The notes: a model not told the origin generated them from the letters alone. A stretch of DNA of 64,000 nucleotides from Ignavibacteria bacterium (GCA_015709655.1 CP054181.1:15327-79326), one strand, 5' to 3'; shown: positions 1 through 11,380, counted from the stretch's first letter. Program-made: numbers and translations.

Positions 1-1
1 T

Positions 2-1774
2 ACCACCGGCCGAGGCAAAATCATTGTCCGCGCAAAGGCAAATATCGAAGCCAACAAGCAGGGTAAGGAAAGCATCGTAATTACCGAACTTCCATACCAG
101 GTGAGCAAGGCTGGTCTTATCGAGAAAATTGCCGCTCTGGTACGAGCAAAATCGCTTGAAGACATTTCTGATATCAGAGATGAAAGTGACAGGGAAGGTA
201 TCCGTATTGTAATCGAACTTAAACGTGATGGCGTACCGATGGTTGTACTGAACAACCTATACAAGCATACACAAATGCAGGTCACGTTTGGTGCCATTAT
301 GCTTGCACTGGTCAACGGCAGACCACGGATCCTGACGATTAAGGAAATGATCACTGAGTTTATCAGTCATCGTAACGAAGTTGTTGTTAGACGAACTCAG
401 TTCGATCTTGAGGCAGCCGAAAAGCGTGCACATATTTTGGAGGGCTTCATTATTGCCCTCGATAATATTGATGCCGTAATTGCAACAATTAAAGCAAGTG
501 CAGATGTTCCCACAGCGTCGGCTGCTCTGCAAACCAAGTTCGAGCTGTCGGAGATTCAGGCAAAGGCCATTCTCGATATGAGGCTGCAACGCCTTACCGG
601 ACTGGAACGCGATAAAATTCAGGCAGAATATCGTGAACTTATCGAAACAATCGAACGTCTGCGCGCCATCCTTGCCAGTAAGGAGCTTCAGATGAGCATC
701 ATCGGCGAGGAACTAACACTACTTGCTGAAAAGCATGGTGATGAACGCCGAACGGCAGTCGTTCATGATGCCCGCGACTTTACTCTGGAAGACATGATCG
801 CCAATGAAGAGGTGATCGTATCTATTACCCATAACGGTTACATTAAACGTACACCGGTTACAACGTACAGGAGACAGAATAAGGGAGGACGTGGTGTAGC
901 CGGACAGGGTATGTATGACGATGACTACGTAGAACTGGTCTTCCGTGCTTCTACCCACCATTACCTAATGTTCTTTACCGATCGGGGACGTGTTTACCGA
1001 ATAAAAGTATATGATATTCCGGAGGGATCCAGAAATGCAAAAGGTCGGTCAATCGCCAATGTAATTCAAAAGCAAAGCGATGAAAAGGTCACCGCGTATT
1101 TACCGGTTACCGATATCGATCAGGAAAACGCCTACGTATTCTTTGCTACTAAAAATGGAACCGTGAAGAAGACAGCACTGAATGATTACGCCAATGTCCG
1201 CTCTACGGGAATCATCGCAATTAATCTTGCGGATGATGACAGGCTGGTTGGTGCACGACTAACCGATGGCCACATGAATATTCTTATTGGCGCCAGCCAC
1301 GGACTTGCCGTGCATTTTAACGAAACCGACGTGCGCCCAATGGGACGCGCTGCAGCAGGCGTTCGCGGCATTGACCTTCCCGAGGGTGCTGAAGTCATCT
1401 CACTCACTGCTGTACGTCATTCTGATGCTCAAGTAATTGTTGTAGGGGAAAGGGGCTATGGTAAGCGTACCAAGGTTGATGATTTCCGTAGAACAAAACG
1501 CGGAGCAAAGGGTGTGATTGCAATGAATATCACGGAGAAAACCGGTCCAATCTGTGCAATCCTTGAAGTAACTGATACCGAAGACCTTGTTGTAATGACG
1601 GTGAACGGTATCCTTATCCGCCAGCATGTAGAGGATATCAGGGTTATCGGCCGTAACACACAAGGAGTACGGCTTATCCGCCTTGAAGAAGGTGATAGCA
1701 TTGCCGCAATTACTACCGTTACCAGGGATTCTGAGGAAGAGGACGATACCGAAAGCGAAACACCCGTTTCATAA
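2..1774 (+). CDS. gyrA: DNA gyrase subunit A, C-terminal part (5' end lies upstream of the window)
   Basis: Frame is open from position 2 (TGRGKIIVRAKANIEANKQGKESIVITELPYQV...). It continues through the GyrA C-terminal beta-pinwheel repeats and an acidic tail, with the stop at 1772-1774. Confidence 0.9.
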   Translation, partial: TTGRGKIIVRAKANIEANKQGKESIVITELPYQVSKAGLIEKIAALVRAKSLEDISDIRDESDREGIRIVIELKRDGVPMVVLNNLYKHTQMQVTFGAIMLALVNGRPRILTIKEMITEFISHRNEVVVRRTQFDLEAAEKRAHILEGFIIALDNIDAVIATIKASADVPTASAALQTKFELSEIQAKAILDMRLQRLTGLERDKIQAEYRELIETIERLRAILASKELQMSIIGEELTLLAEKHGDERRTAVVHDARDFTLEDMIANEEVIVSITHNGYIKRTPVTTYRRQNKGGRGVAGQGMYDDDYVELVFRASTHHYLMFFTDRGRVYRIKVYDIPEGSRNAKGRSIANVIQKQSDEKVTAYLPVTDIDQENAYVFFATKNGTVKKTALNDYANVRSTGIIAINLADDDRLVGARLTDGHMNILIGASHGLAVHFNETDVRPMGRAAAGVRGIDLPEGAEVISLTAVRHSDAQVIVVGERGYGKRTKVDDFRRTKRGAKGVIAMNITEKTGPICAILEVTDTEDLVVMTVNGILIRQHVEDIRVIGRNTQGVRLIRLEEGDSIAAITTVTRDSEEEDDTESETPVS

Positions 1775-1775
1775 T

Positions 1776-3758
1776 ATGAACCGTCAGGCTGTTTATATTG
1801 TGCTTGCCTTGGCACTCCTTATGGTATGCCCCGTACAGGCAACAGTACAACAGTCTGATGAGCTTGTTCTTCTTGCTCCTTTTGTCCCCGTCTTGTTGCA
1901 TGCAGATAGTTCGGACAGCCACGACGTCAAAGACATTGATTCAGCACGACCGATGCCCAAAGGGTATGGGCGCATCGGGCGTTTGCCATTGGATATTGCC
2001 GATAGTATTTCCAAGACCGACCGGCTATCTGTACAGTATCAGACGCTAGGGGAACTCCTTATGCGTAGTACACCGTATCAGCCTTTGTCGCAAGGCGGGC
2101 TCGGACAGTTTGATGCGATCTCAGTACTTGGGAGTTTGCAAACAAATTTACTAACGTCATTGAACGGACGTCCGTATTCCTCTGCATGGAATAATAGTAT
2201 CAATTTAAGTGCAATTGCAGTAGAAGGACTTGAAACTGTTGAAATCCTTGTCGGCACGGCTGCCATTGGTCTTGCACCGGGTATCGGGCAGGCCGCAATG
2301 AACCTGCAGAAAGCACGGTACGATTCAAAAACGCCACATACGGCATTATGGTACAGCCAGGGTGGCGGTAATTTTATCGGTACCGATGTATTGTTTACAC
2401 AGAATATTGCAAAGGGCACGAACATCAATGTTGGAATTCGGCGCAATGGAGCTGAAGGAAGCTATCTTCAAACAGATTATGATGTGTGGAATGTACGCCT
2501 TGGATACAGGTATATGCCAGATTCGAATTCCGTTCTTGATTTCTCGTATGACCTCACTTCACACAACACCGATTTATGGGGCGGCATTGTAACGGGTACT
2601 CATAATCCATTGATATCAGAATTTGATACACCGGTTGTATTTGGTTCATTACGCGACCTGCAACGAAGGCATGATCTTCAACTTGGATTTATGACCTTAC
2701 TCACCCGCGACTCACTTCACACGATGACCGCACAATTGTACTATACTCATGACAACCTTATCCGCTTGCAGGACACCGTGTTGGCTCCAGACTCAGCGTC
2801 GGGTGTCTCAGAACCGGTCCTTTTTCAAGGCCGTCAGGCGGGTATGCTGCTTAGAACATCGCATCAGCTTGGAAACACATTGATTCGGGTTGGTGCCGTT
2901 ACCGAATATGTGCAAAACACTGGCAACCACATTGTAGATGCCGTCAGTGAAATTCAGCCGCAATTGTTCCTGCATTTGCATCACACCATAACCCCCCAGC
3001 TTAGCCTTCAGGCAGCGTCGCACCTGAAATATGCAATGAGTACAGCAGCCTATGGCGCCGGTGCCGGGTTGTTATGGAAAGGTTCAGTATCAAGGGTACT
3101 TGCAGACGTAAGCTATGTAACCACGCTTCCAACGCCGGCCGAGACACAGCTTGGTTTGAAACCTGAAAACGTTTTGTTGGCACTGGGTGAATATGCGTTT
3201 TCCGGAAAAAATTTTAAGGTTCGGGGAAGTTTGTTTTTTACATCAACCACCAACATGATTTCGAGCCATCTGGTGTATGACAGCCTTGGTCTGGCCGGTG
3301 ATATACGTGCTTCGAACAGGCAAGACGCTGCACGTATGGTGGGAACGATTCTGTCAGGCACCGTGAGACATGGCTTACTTGAAACACAGGCAACCGTTCG
3401 CACTCACACAGCCATAACAGGGAGTAACCTTCTGCCACCACTCTCAGGAGACGTTCAGGTTGCAGGGATCTATCAATTAGGGCGGAATACAATTACGGGC
3501 GGCATTCATATCTCTGCACTGATACCTGGCACGGTACTCCAGTTCGTTCCAATTCGATGGATGAGTGTTCAGCCGCCCGGTGATGATAAAAAAGCTGTGT
3601 ACAATGGGATTGATGCCTTTATCACCGCCTTTGTTGGTAATGCAGCAATTCGGCTCAGCTGGGAAAATATATTGGCTGAACGGTGGTATTCTACCTGGGT
3701 TACACCTTCGGTGCCAAGTAACTTCAGACTTAGCCTGACTTGGAATTTCCTGGATTAA
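1776..3758 (+). CDS. TonB-dependent receptor-like outer-membrane protein (signal peptide, plug-like N-domain, large beta-rich C-domain)
   Basis: Start at internal M32 of ORF 1683 (MNRQAVYIVLALALLMVCPVQA signal peptide). Plug-like segment LGELLMRSTPYQPLSQGGLGQFDAISVLG...AVEGLETVEILVGTAAIGLAPG. The ~500-aa beta-rich remainder ends in the strand FRLSLTWNFLD. Starting at 1776 puts it only 1 nt after the gyrA stop. Confidence 0.6.
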   Translation: MNRQAVYIVLALALLMVCPVQATVQQSDELVLLAPFVPVLLHADSSDSHDVKDIDSARPMPKGYGRIGRLPLDIADSISKTDRLSVQYQTLGELLMRSTPYQPLSQGGLGQFDAISVLGSLQTNLLTSLNGRPYSSAWNNSINLSAIAVEGLETVEILVGTAAIGLAPGIGQAAMNLQKARYDSKTPHTALWYSQGGGNFIGTDVLFTQNIAKGTNINVGIRRNGAEGSYLQTDYDVWNVRLGYRYMPDSNSVLDFSYDLTSHNTDLWGGIVTGTHNPLISEFDTPVVFGSLRDLQRRHDLQLGFMTLLTRDSLHTMTAQLYYTHDNLIRLQDTVLAPDSASGVSEPVLFQGRQAGMLLRTSHQLGNTLIRVGAVTEYVQNTGNHIVDAVSEIQPQLFLHLHHTITPQLSLQAASHLKYAMSTAAYGAGAGLLWKGSVSRVLADVSYVTTLPTPAETQLGLKPENVLLALGEYAFSGKNFKVRGSLFFTSTTNMISSHLVYDSLGLAGDIRASNRQDAARMVGTILSGTVRHGLLETQATVRTHTAITGSNLLPPLSGDVQVAGIYQLGRNTITGGIHISALIPGTVLQFVPIRWMSVQPPGDDKKAVYNGIDAFITAFVGNAAIRLSWENILAERWYSTWVTPSVPSNFRLSLTWNFLD

Positions 3759-3869
3759 TTGCCGAAGACTGCGTAATCCCGGAATAGTCCTGGCTATTTA
3801 GTGCCATACGACGATAAATGCATATTCTTGCTAAATTTACAGGCAGGATCCACTATCGCTCATACAGCA

Positions 3870-5666
3870 ATGCAGGCAACAACAATACCCGGGATGTTTT
3901 TGGAAGTCTGTAACAGGTTCAGTGCTTCACCTGATAAGATTGCATATTCCAGAAAAGTTAACGGAATCTGGCAACACGTCAGCCACATTCAGTTGTTCAA
4001 CGATGTGTGTGATCTTGCCAATGGATTGCTGGAACTTGGAATAAAGGCCGGAGACCGTGTTGGAATTGTAAGTGAGAACAGGTTGGAGTGGATCATCGCA
4101 GACTTTGCTATTACGGGTATTGGAGGCATTGACGTTCCCGTTTTTACAACGCTCTCTGAGCAGCAACTGGCTTACGTATTTAACAATTGCGAAACTCGTG
4201 CTGTTTTTGTTTCCAATACGCTTATTGCCGAGAAATTGCAGCGTATACGTGCGTCTATCCCGTCGCTGGAAGTTGTTATCGTGATGAACGCTGATGTTCC
4301 AATTTCACACGGTATGTTGCACTTTTCAGATGTTGCTGAACTTGGACAGAGAATCCCGGAGAAGCAGCGAGTTAAACGATTTTATGACCATACGTCAAAC
4401 GTACAACCCGAAGATATACTGACGCTGATTTATACGAGTGGAACAACGGGCAATCCTAAGGGAGTCATGCTTACGCACGACAACCTGTTGTCAAACATAA
4501 AGGCCTCGTTGTCTGTATTTAACCTATCGGCTACGGACACTTTTCTGAGCTATCTTCCCATGTGTCACAGCTATGAGCGCATGAGCGGTTACTATCTGGC
4601 CTTTGCCGTTGGTGGCACTACCTTTATTGCCGAAAGCATCGAAACGGTTGCAGAGAATATGAAGGAGGTACAGCCAACGATCATGACATCGGTACCACGG
4701 CTGTTCGAGCGCATCCGGATACGAATCGAGCAAACAGTTAGCAGGGAATCGGGAGTTAAGAAACATCTAGGAATGTGGGCTCTGAATACCGGGAAACGAT
4801 ATGCAGCCGGAAATCATACACCTGCCAGCACCCTGACATTTAGGGTGGCACGTACCCTTGTATTGTCAAAGATTAGAAATCGGATTGGAGGCAACCTGCG
4901 TTTCTTCATCTCTGGAGGAGCCGCTCTTCGATATGAGGATGGTATTTTTTTTAAGGCACTCGGAATACCTATTCTTGAAGGATACGGATTAACGGAAACG
5001 TCGCCTGTGCTGACGGTTAATCGAGAAGGCGAGGAAAAACTCGGTACAGTGGGAACACCACTTCCTAACGTAGAAATTAAGATTGCAGAGGATGGGGAAA
5101 TCCTTGCAAGGGGACCCAATGTCATGGCTGGCTACTGGGCTGATGAGGAAGCAACCAGGGCAATGATCGATTGCGAGGGCTGGTTATCTACAGGCGATAT
5201 CGGTGTGATTGATACGGATGGACGCTTACGGATTACAGACCGGAAAAAGCACCTCATCGTTTCAAGCGGCGGAAAGAATATTGTCCCTCTACCAATTGAA
5301 AGTAAACTACAAGAATGTAAATATATCAATCAGGTCATGCTTGTTGGCGACGGACGTGAATACTGTACAGCGCTTATCGTTCCTGATCAGGACGCGGTGC
5401 TTGAATGGGCAGCACGGCGCAATTTGCCAACTCAGAACTGGGACGAGCTGGTGAGGAGTGAAGAATTATTCTCCGAAATCAAAATTGCAATTGGTTCACT
5501 GCAAACCGGATTTGCCAAGTATGAACAGGTACGACGTTTTCTGCTGCTAAGTGAGCCATTTACGGTTGAAAATGAATTACTGACGCCTACGCTAAAGGTT
5601 CGGCGTAATGCTGTGTTAGCAAAGTATAGCAGTCAGATCGAATTATTGTATCAGTCAAAAAAGTAA
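3870..5666 (+). CDS. Long-chain-fatty-acid--CoA ligase (AMP-dependent synthetase/ligase family)
   Basis: AMP-binding signature YTSGTTGNPKGVMLTHDNL, the GYGLTETS motif and C-terminal LTPTLKVRR. Start chosen at M24 of ORF 3801. Confidence 0.8.
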   Translation: MQATTIPGMFLEVCNRFSASPDKIAYSRKVNGIWQHVSHIQLFNDVCDLANGLLELGIKAGDRVGIVSENRLEWIIADFAITGIGGIDVPVFTTLSEQQLAYVFNNCETRAVFVSNTLIAEKLQRIRASIPSLEVVIVMNADVPISHGMLHFSDVAELGQRIPEKQRVKRFYDHTSNVQPEDILTLIYTSGTTGNPKGVMLTHDNLLSNIKASLSVFNLSATDTFLSYLPMCHSYERMSGYYLAFAVGGTTFIAESIETVAENMKEVQPTIMTSVPRLFERIRIRIEQTVSRESGVKKHLGMWALNTGKRYAAGNHTPASTLTFRVARTLVLSKIRNRIGGNLRFFISGGAALRYEDGIFFKALGIPILEGYGLTETSPVLTVNREGEEKLGTVGTPLPNVEIKIAEDGEILARGPNVMAGYWADEEATRAMIDCEGWLSTGDIGVIDTDGRLRITDRKKHLIVSSGGKNIVPLPIESKLQECKYINQVMLVGDGREYCTALIVPDQDAVLEWAARRNLPTQNWDELVRSEELFSEIKIAIGSLQTGFAKYEQVRRFLLLSEPFTVENELLTPTLKVRRNAVLAKYSSQIELLYQSKK

Positions 5667-5731
5667 TACCTGCAGAAGGTATCTGAAGGTCGTACACCTG
5701 ACGTGTTCTGTACCAGATATGTGTACCCGAA

Positions 5732-5808
5732 TGGTACCGGAGGAGGGATTTGAACCCCCGACACACGGATTATGATTCCGTTGCTCTAACCAACTGAGCT
5801 ACTCCGGC
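5732..5808 (-). tRNA. tRNA-Met (anticodon CAT; could alternatively be tRNA-Ile2 if the CAT is lysidine-modified)
   Basis: Reverse complement reads GCCGGAGTAGCTCAGTTGGTTAGAGCAACGGAATCATAATCCGTGTGTCGGGGGTTCAAATCCCTCCTCCGGTACCA. The acceptor stem is 7 bp, and the D-loop (AGCTCAGTTGGTTAGAGC) and T-loop (GGTTCAAATCC) are canonical. The anticodon loop ATCATAA gives CAT, and the CCA is encoded. Not initiator-like (no 3xGC anticodon stem, 1-72 is paired). Confidence 0.85.
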
Positions 5809-5858
5809 AGAGCCACAAAGATAAGAGATAGCACTTAATAACAACAGACCGGAGGCAC

Positions 5859-6473
5859 CTAATCGTGCAACTTGTTCAGTTCGTCGCGTATTTGAGCGGC
5901 TCTCTCGTAGTCTTCCAGCCGAACAGCATCCTCTAATTCCTGTTCCAGACGTTCTCGCGCTGTCAGAGGCCTGGCTGGCTTCCTGCCTAGCTCCGGATTA
6001 AGCGCATGGGGATCATCGCTGTCCGACTGCGAAAGAGAACCAAATGCAGCAGAACCATCGGTACCTGAGTCTTCGGTTTCATCTGAAGACTGTGATAGTA
6101 TCTCTTCGGTAACATACACGGGGACTCCGCAGCGAATTGCCAAAGCGATGGCATCACTTGGGCGTGCGTCGATTTCAACGTTGCTATTCTCGAAGATCAG
6201 TGATGAATAGAAGGTCCCGTCATGAACCGAGTGAATTACTACCTCTTTGAGGTGTGCTCCAAGGCCTTCGATCACTGAACGCATCAGGTCATGCGTAAGC
6301 GGACGCTGTGCATGAATTCCTTCCAGCTCGCTGGCAATAGCCTGCGCTTCGTGAATACCGATAATAATCGGCATCTTCCGCTGTCCATCGGCTTCCTTTA
6401 AGATCAGGGCATAAGCACCCTGGCTCATGCCACGGTCTGTTAAACCAAAGATGTCCATTTGGATACGCGCCAT
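5859..6473 (-). CDS. Bifunctional nuclease family protein (DUF151/BFN domain) with C-terminal UVR motif
   Basis: BFN core MPIIIGIHEAQAIASELEGIHAQRPLTHDLM...ARPSDAIALAIRCGVPVYV. C-terminal UvrB/UvrC-like helix EQELEDAVRLEDYERAAQIRDELNKL. Confidence 0.7.
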   Translation of the reverse strand: MARIQMDIFGLTDRGMSQGAYALILKEADGQRKMPIIIGIHEAQAIASELEGIHAQRPLTHDLMRSVIEGLGAHLKEVVIHSVHDGTFYSSLIFENSNVEIDARPSDAIALAIRCGVPVYVTEEILSQSSDETEDSGTDGSAAFGSLSQSDSDDPHALNPELGRKPARPLTARERLEQELEDAVRLEDYERAAQIRDELNKLHD

Positions 6474-6558
6474 GGTTCCTCGGAAGTTACTGAAGCAATT
6501 TGTAAGTGTGATGGTTTGGGGAAGGTACGATCTTCATACGGTCACTTGGAAATCACAG

Positions 6559-7524
6559 TTAATTTTTATGAGTAATCGTGGCAATCCCTGACGTGAGCTT
6601 TGGTAGGACATCAAAAACATCACCAACAATCCCATAGTCGGCCATTTTAAAGATGGGTGCGTCTTTATCCTTGTTAACGGCAACAATGATCTTGCTGGAA
6701 CTCATTCCTGCAAGATGTTGAACGGCGCCACTAATTCCACAAGCCACATACATCGTTGGGCTGACGGTTTTACCGGTTTGGCCTACCTGTTCACTGTGAG
6801 GCCGCCATCCGGCGTCAACTACTGCACGTGACGCACCAACAGCACCACCAAGAACACGGGCAAGGTTCTCGATTAATTCGAAATATTCAGGAGCCTTAAG
6901 CCCCCTTCCACCACTGACAACAATATCAGCTTCCGATACATCCAGTCGTCCCTGATTTACAATCGTTTCTTTTACGACGGCAGAACGCACTTGTGCGCTA
7001 TCCGAGATACTAATCTGAGATTCCTGCGGCTGTGTTGCGTTTTCAATCGTCCTTGCAGTAAAAACATTCGGACGTACGGTAACTACCGTAACAGGGGTGG
7101 TGGACCGTACTTTTTGTAAAACCCTTCCACCGAAAATTGGGCGTACGGCTTCGATATTGCCGGGTGCACCGTCGAGTTCTACGCAGTCAACAAGTAGTCC
7201 AGCTTCCAGGAGTACGGCCACACGCGGCGCCAAGTCCTTGCCATGTGCATTAGCAGAAAACAATACCATTTGTGCGCCGCATTGTTTGGCAGCATCTGCA
7301 ATCGTGCGTGCCCATACACCGTTGGCGTATTCCGTTACTCCGGAACCAATAACGTTGATGCACGACTCAAGACCGTAGGCACCTGCAGCAGCTATGTGTT
7401 CAGCGCTTGCATTAAAAACTACCCCGCAGACTTTCTTTCCGCCAGCAACCTTACGTGCTGCTGTAATTGCTTCGTAAGAGGAACGCTTTAATCCATTTAC
7501 TCCTGTTTCTAAAAACACTAACAT
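6559..7524 (-). CDS. etfA: Electron transfer flavoprotein subunit alpha
   Basis: EtfA-like sequence with an FAD-binding C-terminal half (PTMYVACGISGAVQHLAGM). Lies immediately downstream of etfB on the same strand. Confidence 0.85.
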   Translation of the reverse strand: MLVFLETGVNGLKRSSYEAITAARKVAGGKKVCGVVFNASAEHIAAAGAYGLESCINVIGSGVTEYANGVWARTIADAAKQCGAQMVLFSANAHGKDLAPRVAVLLEAGLLVDCVELDGAPGNIEAVRPIFGGRVLQKVRSTTPVTVVTVRPNVFTARTIENATQPQESQISISDSAQVRSAVVKETIVNQGRLDVSEADIVVSGGRGLKAPEYFELIENLARVLGGAVGASRAVVDAGWRPHSEQVGQTGKTVSPTMYVACGISGAVQHLAGMSSSKIIVAVNKDKDAPIFKMADYGIVGDVFDVLPKLTSGIATITHKN

Positions 7525-8271
7525 TTAGATCACCTTTGCTTCTTCGTGTAACAACCGTACCAGTTCTGCGATATCTGCGTCAGAGTCAGAATATATTTTA
7601 TTTAACCGTTTCAGGTCAGGAAGAGTCATTGATACAGTTTCCGTCCTTGACTGAACCGATGAAACTGCCCGTTCGGTGATGGGCTTGCTTTTGGCTTTCA
7701 TAATGTCAGGCAGTTTGGGATATCGAGGATCGTTCAGTCCTTTTTGAGCACTGACAATGCAGGGCAGGGAACAGGTTACTTTTTCCTTACCTCCTTCGAT
7801 GTCACACTCAGCAGTAACGGTCGTTCCATCAATTGTAAGTGTACTTACAATCGATACACTAGGCAGTTCCAGGAGTTGCGCTACCATTCCAGGCACGGCA
7901 AACGAATCAAAGTCAATACTTTGTTTTCCAAAAATGATAATGTCGGGTGACAGTTCCTTGGCATACTCTGCAATGCTGCTTGCAACAACAAACGAGTCAG
8001 AGGAATGTGGGTCGTTAATGAGCACAGCTGCATCGGACCCCATTGCCAGCGCTCGTTGGAGCACTTCTTTGGAGGCAGGAGTACCAACTGTTACCGTGGT
8101 AACCGTGCCGCCATGTTTTTCCTTAAGCTGAAGGCCTTCCTCAATTGCAAACTCGTCATATGGATTAAGGATAAACTTAACCCCTTGTGGATTGATTTTC
8201 TTTCCATCGTCCGCTACACCGATCTTCGCCGATGTATCTGGAACCAGGGATGCACACACTAAAATATTCAT
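7525..8271 (-). CDS. etfB: Electron transfer flavoprotein subunit beta
   Basis: MNILVCASLVPDTSAKIGV... is a typical EtfB N-terminus. Start chosen at internal M16 of ORF 7525..8316. Its stop abuts the etfA start. Confidence 0.85.
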   Translation of the reverse strand: MNILVCASLVPDTSAKIGVADDGKKINPQGVKFILNPYDEFAIEEGLQLKEKHGGTVTTVTVGTPASKEVLQRALAMGSDAAVLINDPHSSDSFVVASSIAEYAKELSPDIIIFGKQSIDFDSFAVPGMVAQLLELPSVSIVSTLTIDGTTVTAECDIEGGKEKVTCSLPCIVSAQKGLNDPRYPKLPDIMKAKSKPITERAVSSVQSRTETVSMTLPDLKRLNKIYSDSDADIAELVRLLHEEAKVI

Positions 8272-8386
8272 GGTATACAATGATTGGTTGAAATTGGAAG
8301 AACAAATATACCGCAATCAATTTTCTAGTCTTGCAGTGCCTACCATGCATCGGAACCTGTGAAACCGTGGTTCTAACCAAGCGGGG

Positions 8387-11251
8387 TTATGCACCTGTAA
8401 GCATGCTCCGTACGTATTGCCCTGTAATTGACATTGGGTGAGCAGCAATTTGCTCGGGAGTTCCTGAAGCCACGATGATACCGCCATGTCTGCCTCCATG
8501 CGGACCAAGATCAACAATATGGTCGGCATGTGCAATAACGTCCAGGTTGTGTTCAATCACAAGCACTGTATTCCCTCTGTCCACCAAGGTATCGAGCAGC
8601 TTTAACAAAACCCGGATGTCATCAAAATGCAGTCCAGTGGTAGGTTCGTCTAATAGGTAGAGTGTTTTACCCGTACCTACCTTTGCCAGTTCGGTGGCGA
8701 GCTTAACCCTTTGAGCCTCACCACCAGAAAGCGTAGGCGCCTGCTGACCCAGGCGGATATAGCTCAGGCCAACATCATATAATGTTTGCAGCCGGTGCCT
8801 GATTTTTGGGATACTGGAGAAAAAGTCAAGTGCTTCATCGACCGACATGTCAAGAACATCGGCAATTGACTTTCCTTTATACTGAACTGCAAGGGTCTCG
8901 GCATTATACCGTTTGCCATTACACGTTTCACAGTTCACATAAACATCAGGGAGAAAGCTCATTTCTATGCGCCGAAGCCCTGACCCTTCGCACTCTTCAC
9001 AACGTCCGCCTGCAACATTAAAAGAAAACCGTCCCGTTTTGTACCCGCGTACCTTAGCATCAGGTAGTACTGCAAAAAAATCACGGATATGGGTGAAGAG
9101 CCCGGTGTAGGTTGCCGGGTTTGATCTTGGAGTACGGCCTATTGGTGCCTGATCGATTTCAATTACCTTGTCCAGATACTCAAGCCCGGTAATCGAATCG
9201 TAGGGTAGCGGGTTCGTTTCCGCTTTGTGATAATGTTTTGCAAGAATTGGATAGAGTGTTGAATTGATTAAGCTACTCTTGCCGCTACCACTCATGCCCG
9301 TTACACACGTAAATGTTCCAAGCGGTAACCTCAGTGTGACGTTCCTGAGGTTGTTCCCGGATGCACCGGTGAGGACGAGTTCGTTTCCTGCATTGCTTCG
9401 CCTGACGGCAGGTATTGGAATGCTGCTCTTGCCTGATAGATAGTCGTAGGTTAATGACTTACCAGAAAATTCCGGTGCTGGAGCGTCAGGTCTCATTGAA
9501 AATTGTGCGGTGACTGACCCGCCATGAATCCCTGCACCCGGACCGATGTCCACTACCTTGTCGGCCTCAACAATCATTTCCTTATCATGCTCAACTACGA
9601 TGATGGTATTGCCCAGGTCGCGTAATTCTTTGAGTGATTGAATAAGTTTCATGTTGTCGTGCTGATGCAGCCCAATGCTCGGCTCGTCAAGAACATAGGT
9701 AACTCCCACAAGCTGACTGCCGATCTGTGAGGCCAGACGAATCCTCTGGCTTTCGCCACCGCTCAGGGTTCTGGATGAACGGCTAAGTGTTAAATAGCTG
9801 AGACCGACCTGATTTAAAAAACGAAGCCGCGATACAATTTCCTTAATGATAATTCCGGCAATGATGCGTTGCCTGTTAGACAAGTGGTTGGCAAGGTCTC
9901 TGAACCATGCTTCAGCAGTCTCGATATCCAGAGTCGTGACTTCATAGATATTTTTATCATTAATCCGGATAAACAAATTTTCGGACCTGATGCGTGCTCC
10001 GTGACATTCGCTACATGGCTTTGAAGAAAAGTACTGTTCAATGAGTTTTCTGCTTGTAGACGATGTTGTTTGCTCGTATTGATGTCGTAAGGCTGGTAAT
10101 AATCCGATAAACCGGTGAAATACGCTACGTTGTTTATACGAAACTTTTGCACGGATGTTATCACCTCCTTCCAGAAACAGGTGAAGCTTCTCAGCAGGGA
10201 TGTCGGCAATCGGACTCGAGACATTGATATCGGTTTCGCGACAGTAGGCACTTGCAATTTGCCACAACCATGTTTCGCGTTTTTTACCAAGCGGAGCTAT
10301 CCCGCCGTCAGCAATCGAGACGGATGTGTCAGGAATAATGAGTGCAGGATCAAAATTGCGAGTCTGCCCGAGGCCCTCGCAGGCAGTACAGGCGCCAAAA
10401 GGGGAGTTGAACGAAAAGCTATTGGGTGCAGGTTCGCTATAGCTGGAACCACACTGCGGACATGAAAGGCTGGTACTGTAGTTTAATTTCTGTAGCGAGG
10501 TGTTATTACGCAGGAACTCAATGTAGACGTTTCCCTCGCCGACTGCCAAGGCTGTTTCGATACTTTCTGTGAGTCGTCGCTGTTGTCCCTCATTTACTTG
10601 CAGCCTGTCCACCACAACATCAATTACGTGAGTCTGGTATCGTCGCAACTGCATCCCTTCTAAAATCTCCTGCACTTCTCCATCAATCCGAACCCGGGTG
10701 TAGCCCTGACGTCGGAGCTGCTCGAAAAGTTCGCGGTAGTGACCCTTTCGGCCTTTCACAAGGGGTGCATACACGTAACAGATGGCAGTTTCTGGCATGT
10801 CTTTGGCATGAATCAGTACCGATTCAACGATCTGATCAGGACTCTGCTGCATAACCGGAATGTTACAGTGTACGCAGTACTGAATGCCAGCCTTGGCATA
10901 CAGAAGTCGTAAATAATCGTAGATTTCGGTAACGGTACCCACAGTGGAGCGTGGATTGTGTCCAACAGTTTTTTGCTCAATACTGATGGCAGGCGAAAGA
11001 CCTTCAATCAGATCGACGTCGGGTTTTTTCATGATCCCGAGAAACTGACGTGCATAGGCACTCATACACTCTACATATCGGCGTTGTCCTTCTGCGTAAA
11101 TCGTATCAAACGCTAGCGACGATTTGCCACTGCCACTTAATCCTGTGATTACTACAAGCTGGTCACGTGGTATATCCAGGCTAATGTTTTTAAGATTGTG
11201 TTCGCGTGCTCCACGTATCTGTATTGTTGTGAGATTCGATTCCGTTGTCAT
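8387..11251 (-). CDS. uvrA: Excinuclease ABC subunit A
   Basis: 954 aa with two ABC ATPase modules ([23 protein letters not shown]; [13 protein letters not shown]) and zinc-finger Cys clusters ([15 protein letters not shown]). Confidence 0.95.
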   Translation of the reverse strand: MTTESNLTTIQIRGAREHNLKNISLDIPRDQLVVITGLSGSGKSSLAFDTIYAEGQRRYVECMSAYARQFLGIMKKPDVDLIEGLSPAISIEQKTVGHNPRSTVGTVTEIYDYLRLLYAKAGIQYCVHCNIPVMQQSPDQIVESVLIHAKDMPETAICYVYAPLVKGRKGHYRELFEQLRRQGYTRVRIDGEVQEILEGMQLRRYQTHVIDVVVDRLQVNEGQQRRLTESIETALAVGEGNVYIEFLRNNTSLQKLNYSTSLSCPQCGSSYSEPAPNSFSFNSPFGACTACEGLGQTRNFDPALIIPDTSVSIADGGIAPLGKKRETWLWQIASAYCRETDINVSSPIADIPAEKLHLFLEGGDNIRAKVSYKQRSVFHRFIGLLPALRHQYEQTTSSTSRKLIEQYFSSKPCSECHGARIRSENLFIRINDKNIYEVTTLDIETAEAWFRDLANHLSNRQRIIAGIIIKEIVSRLRFLNQVGLSYLTLSRSSRTLSGGESQRIRLASQIGSQLVGVTYVLDEPSIGLHQHDNMKLIQSLKELRDLGNTIIVVEHDKEMIVEADKVVDIGPGAGIHGGSVTAQFSMRPDAPAPEFSGKSLTYDYLSGKSSIPIPAVRRSNAGNELVLTGASGNNLRNVTLRLPLGTFTCVTGMSGSGKSSLINSTLYPILAKHYHKAETNPLPYDSITGLEYLDKVIEIDQAPIGRTPRSNPATYTGLFTHIRDFFAVLPDAKVRGYKTGRFSFNVAGGRCEECEGSGLRRIEMSFLPDVYVNCETCNGKRYNAETLAVQYKGKSIADVLDMSVDEALDFFSSIPKIRHRLQTLYDVGLSYIRLGQQAPTLSGGEAQRVKLATELAKVGTGKTLYLLDEPTTGLHFDDIRVLLKLLDTLVDRGNTVLVIEHNLDVIAHADHIVDLGPHGGRHGGIIVASGTPEQIAAHPMSITGQYVRSMLTGA

Positions 11252-11380
11252 GGCTTACCAGTTATCGGTACAGGGATGTTAATGGTGTTTGTTTGTGGAA
11301 TCAGGAGTATCAAAACCATACGGCATCCATGGTGGCAAAGTTCGTAAGGAGCTTTTTTCAGAAGAAACGTCCGACAAACG

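Noticed and set aside
1683-1775. Upstream extension of the TBDT-like ORF (start at 1683), which would overlap gyrA by 92 nt
   Set aside because: The extension (MKKVIALPQLLPLPGILRKRTIPKAKHPFHN) is not signal-peptide-like. The internal Met at 1776 is followed by a canonical signal peptide and sits just after the gyrA stop.
5667-6473. Possible genomic island integrated at the tRNA-Met gene
   Set aside because: No integrase, no direct repeat of the tRNA 3' end and no compositional shift. The flanking genes (fatty-acid CoA ligase, bifunctional nuclease, etfBA) are ordinary core genes.
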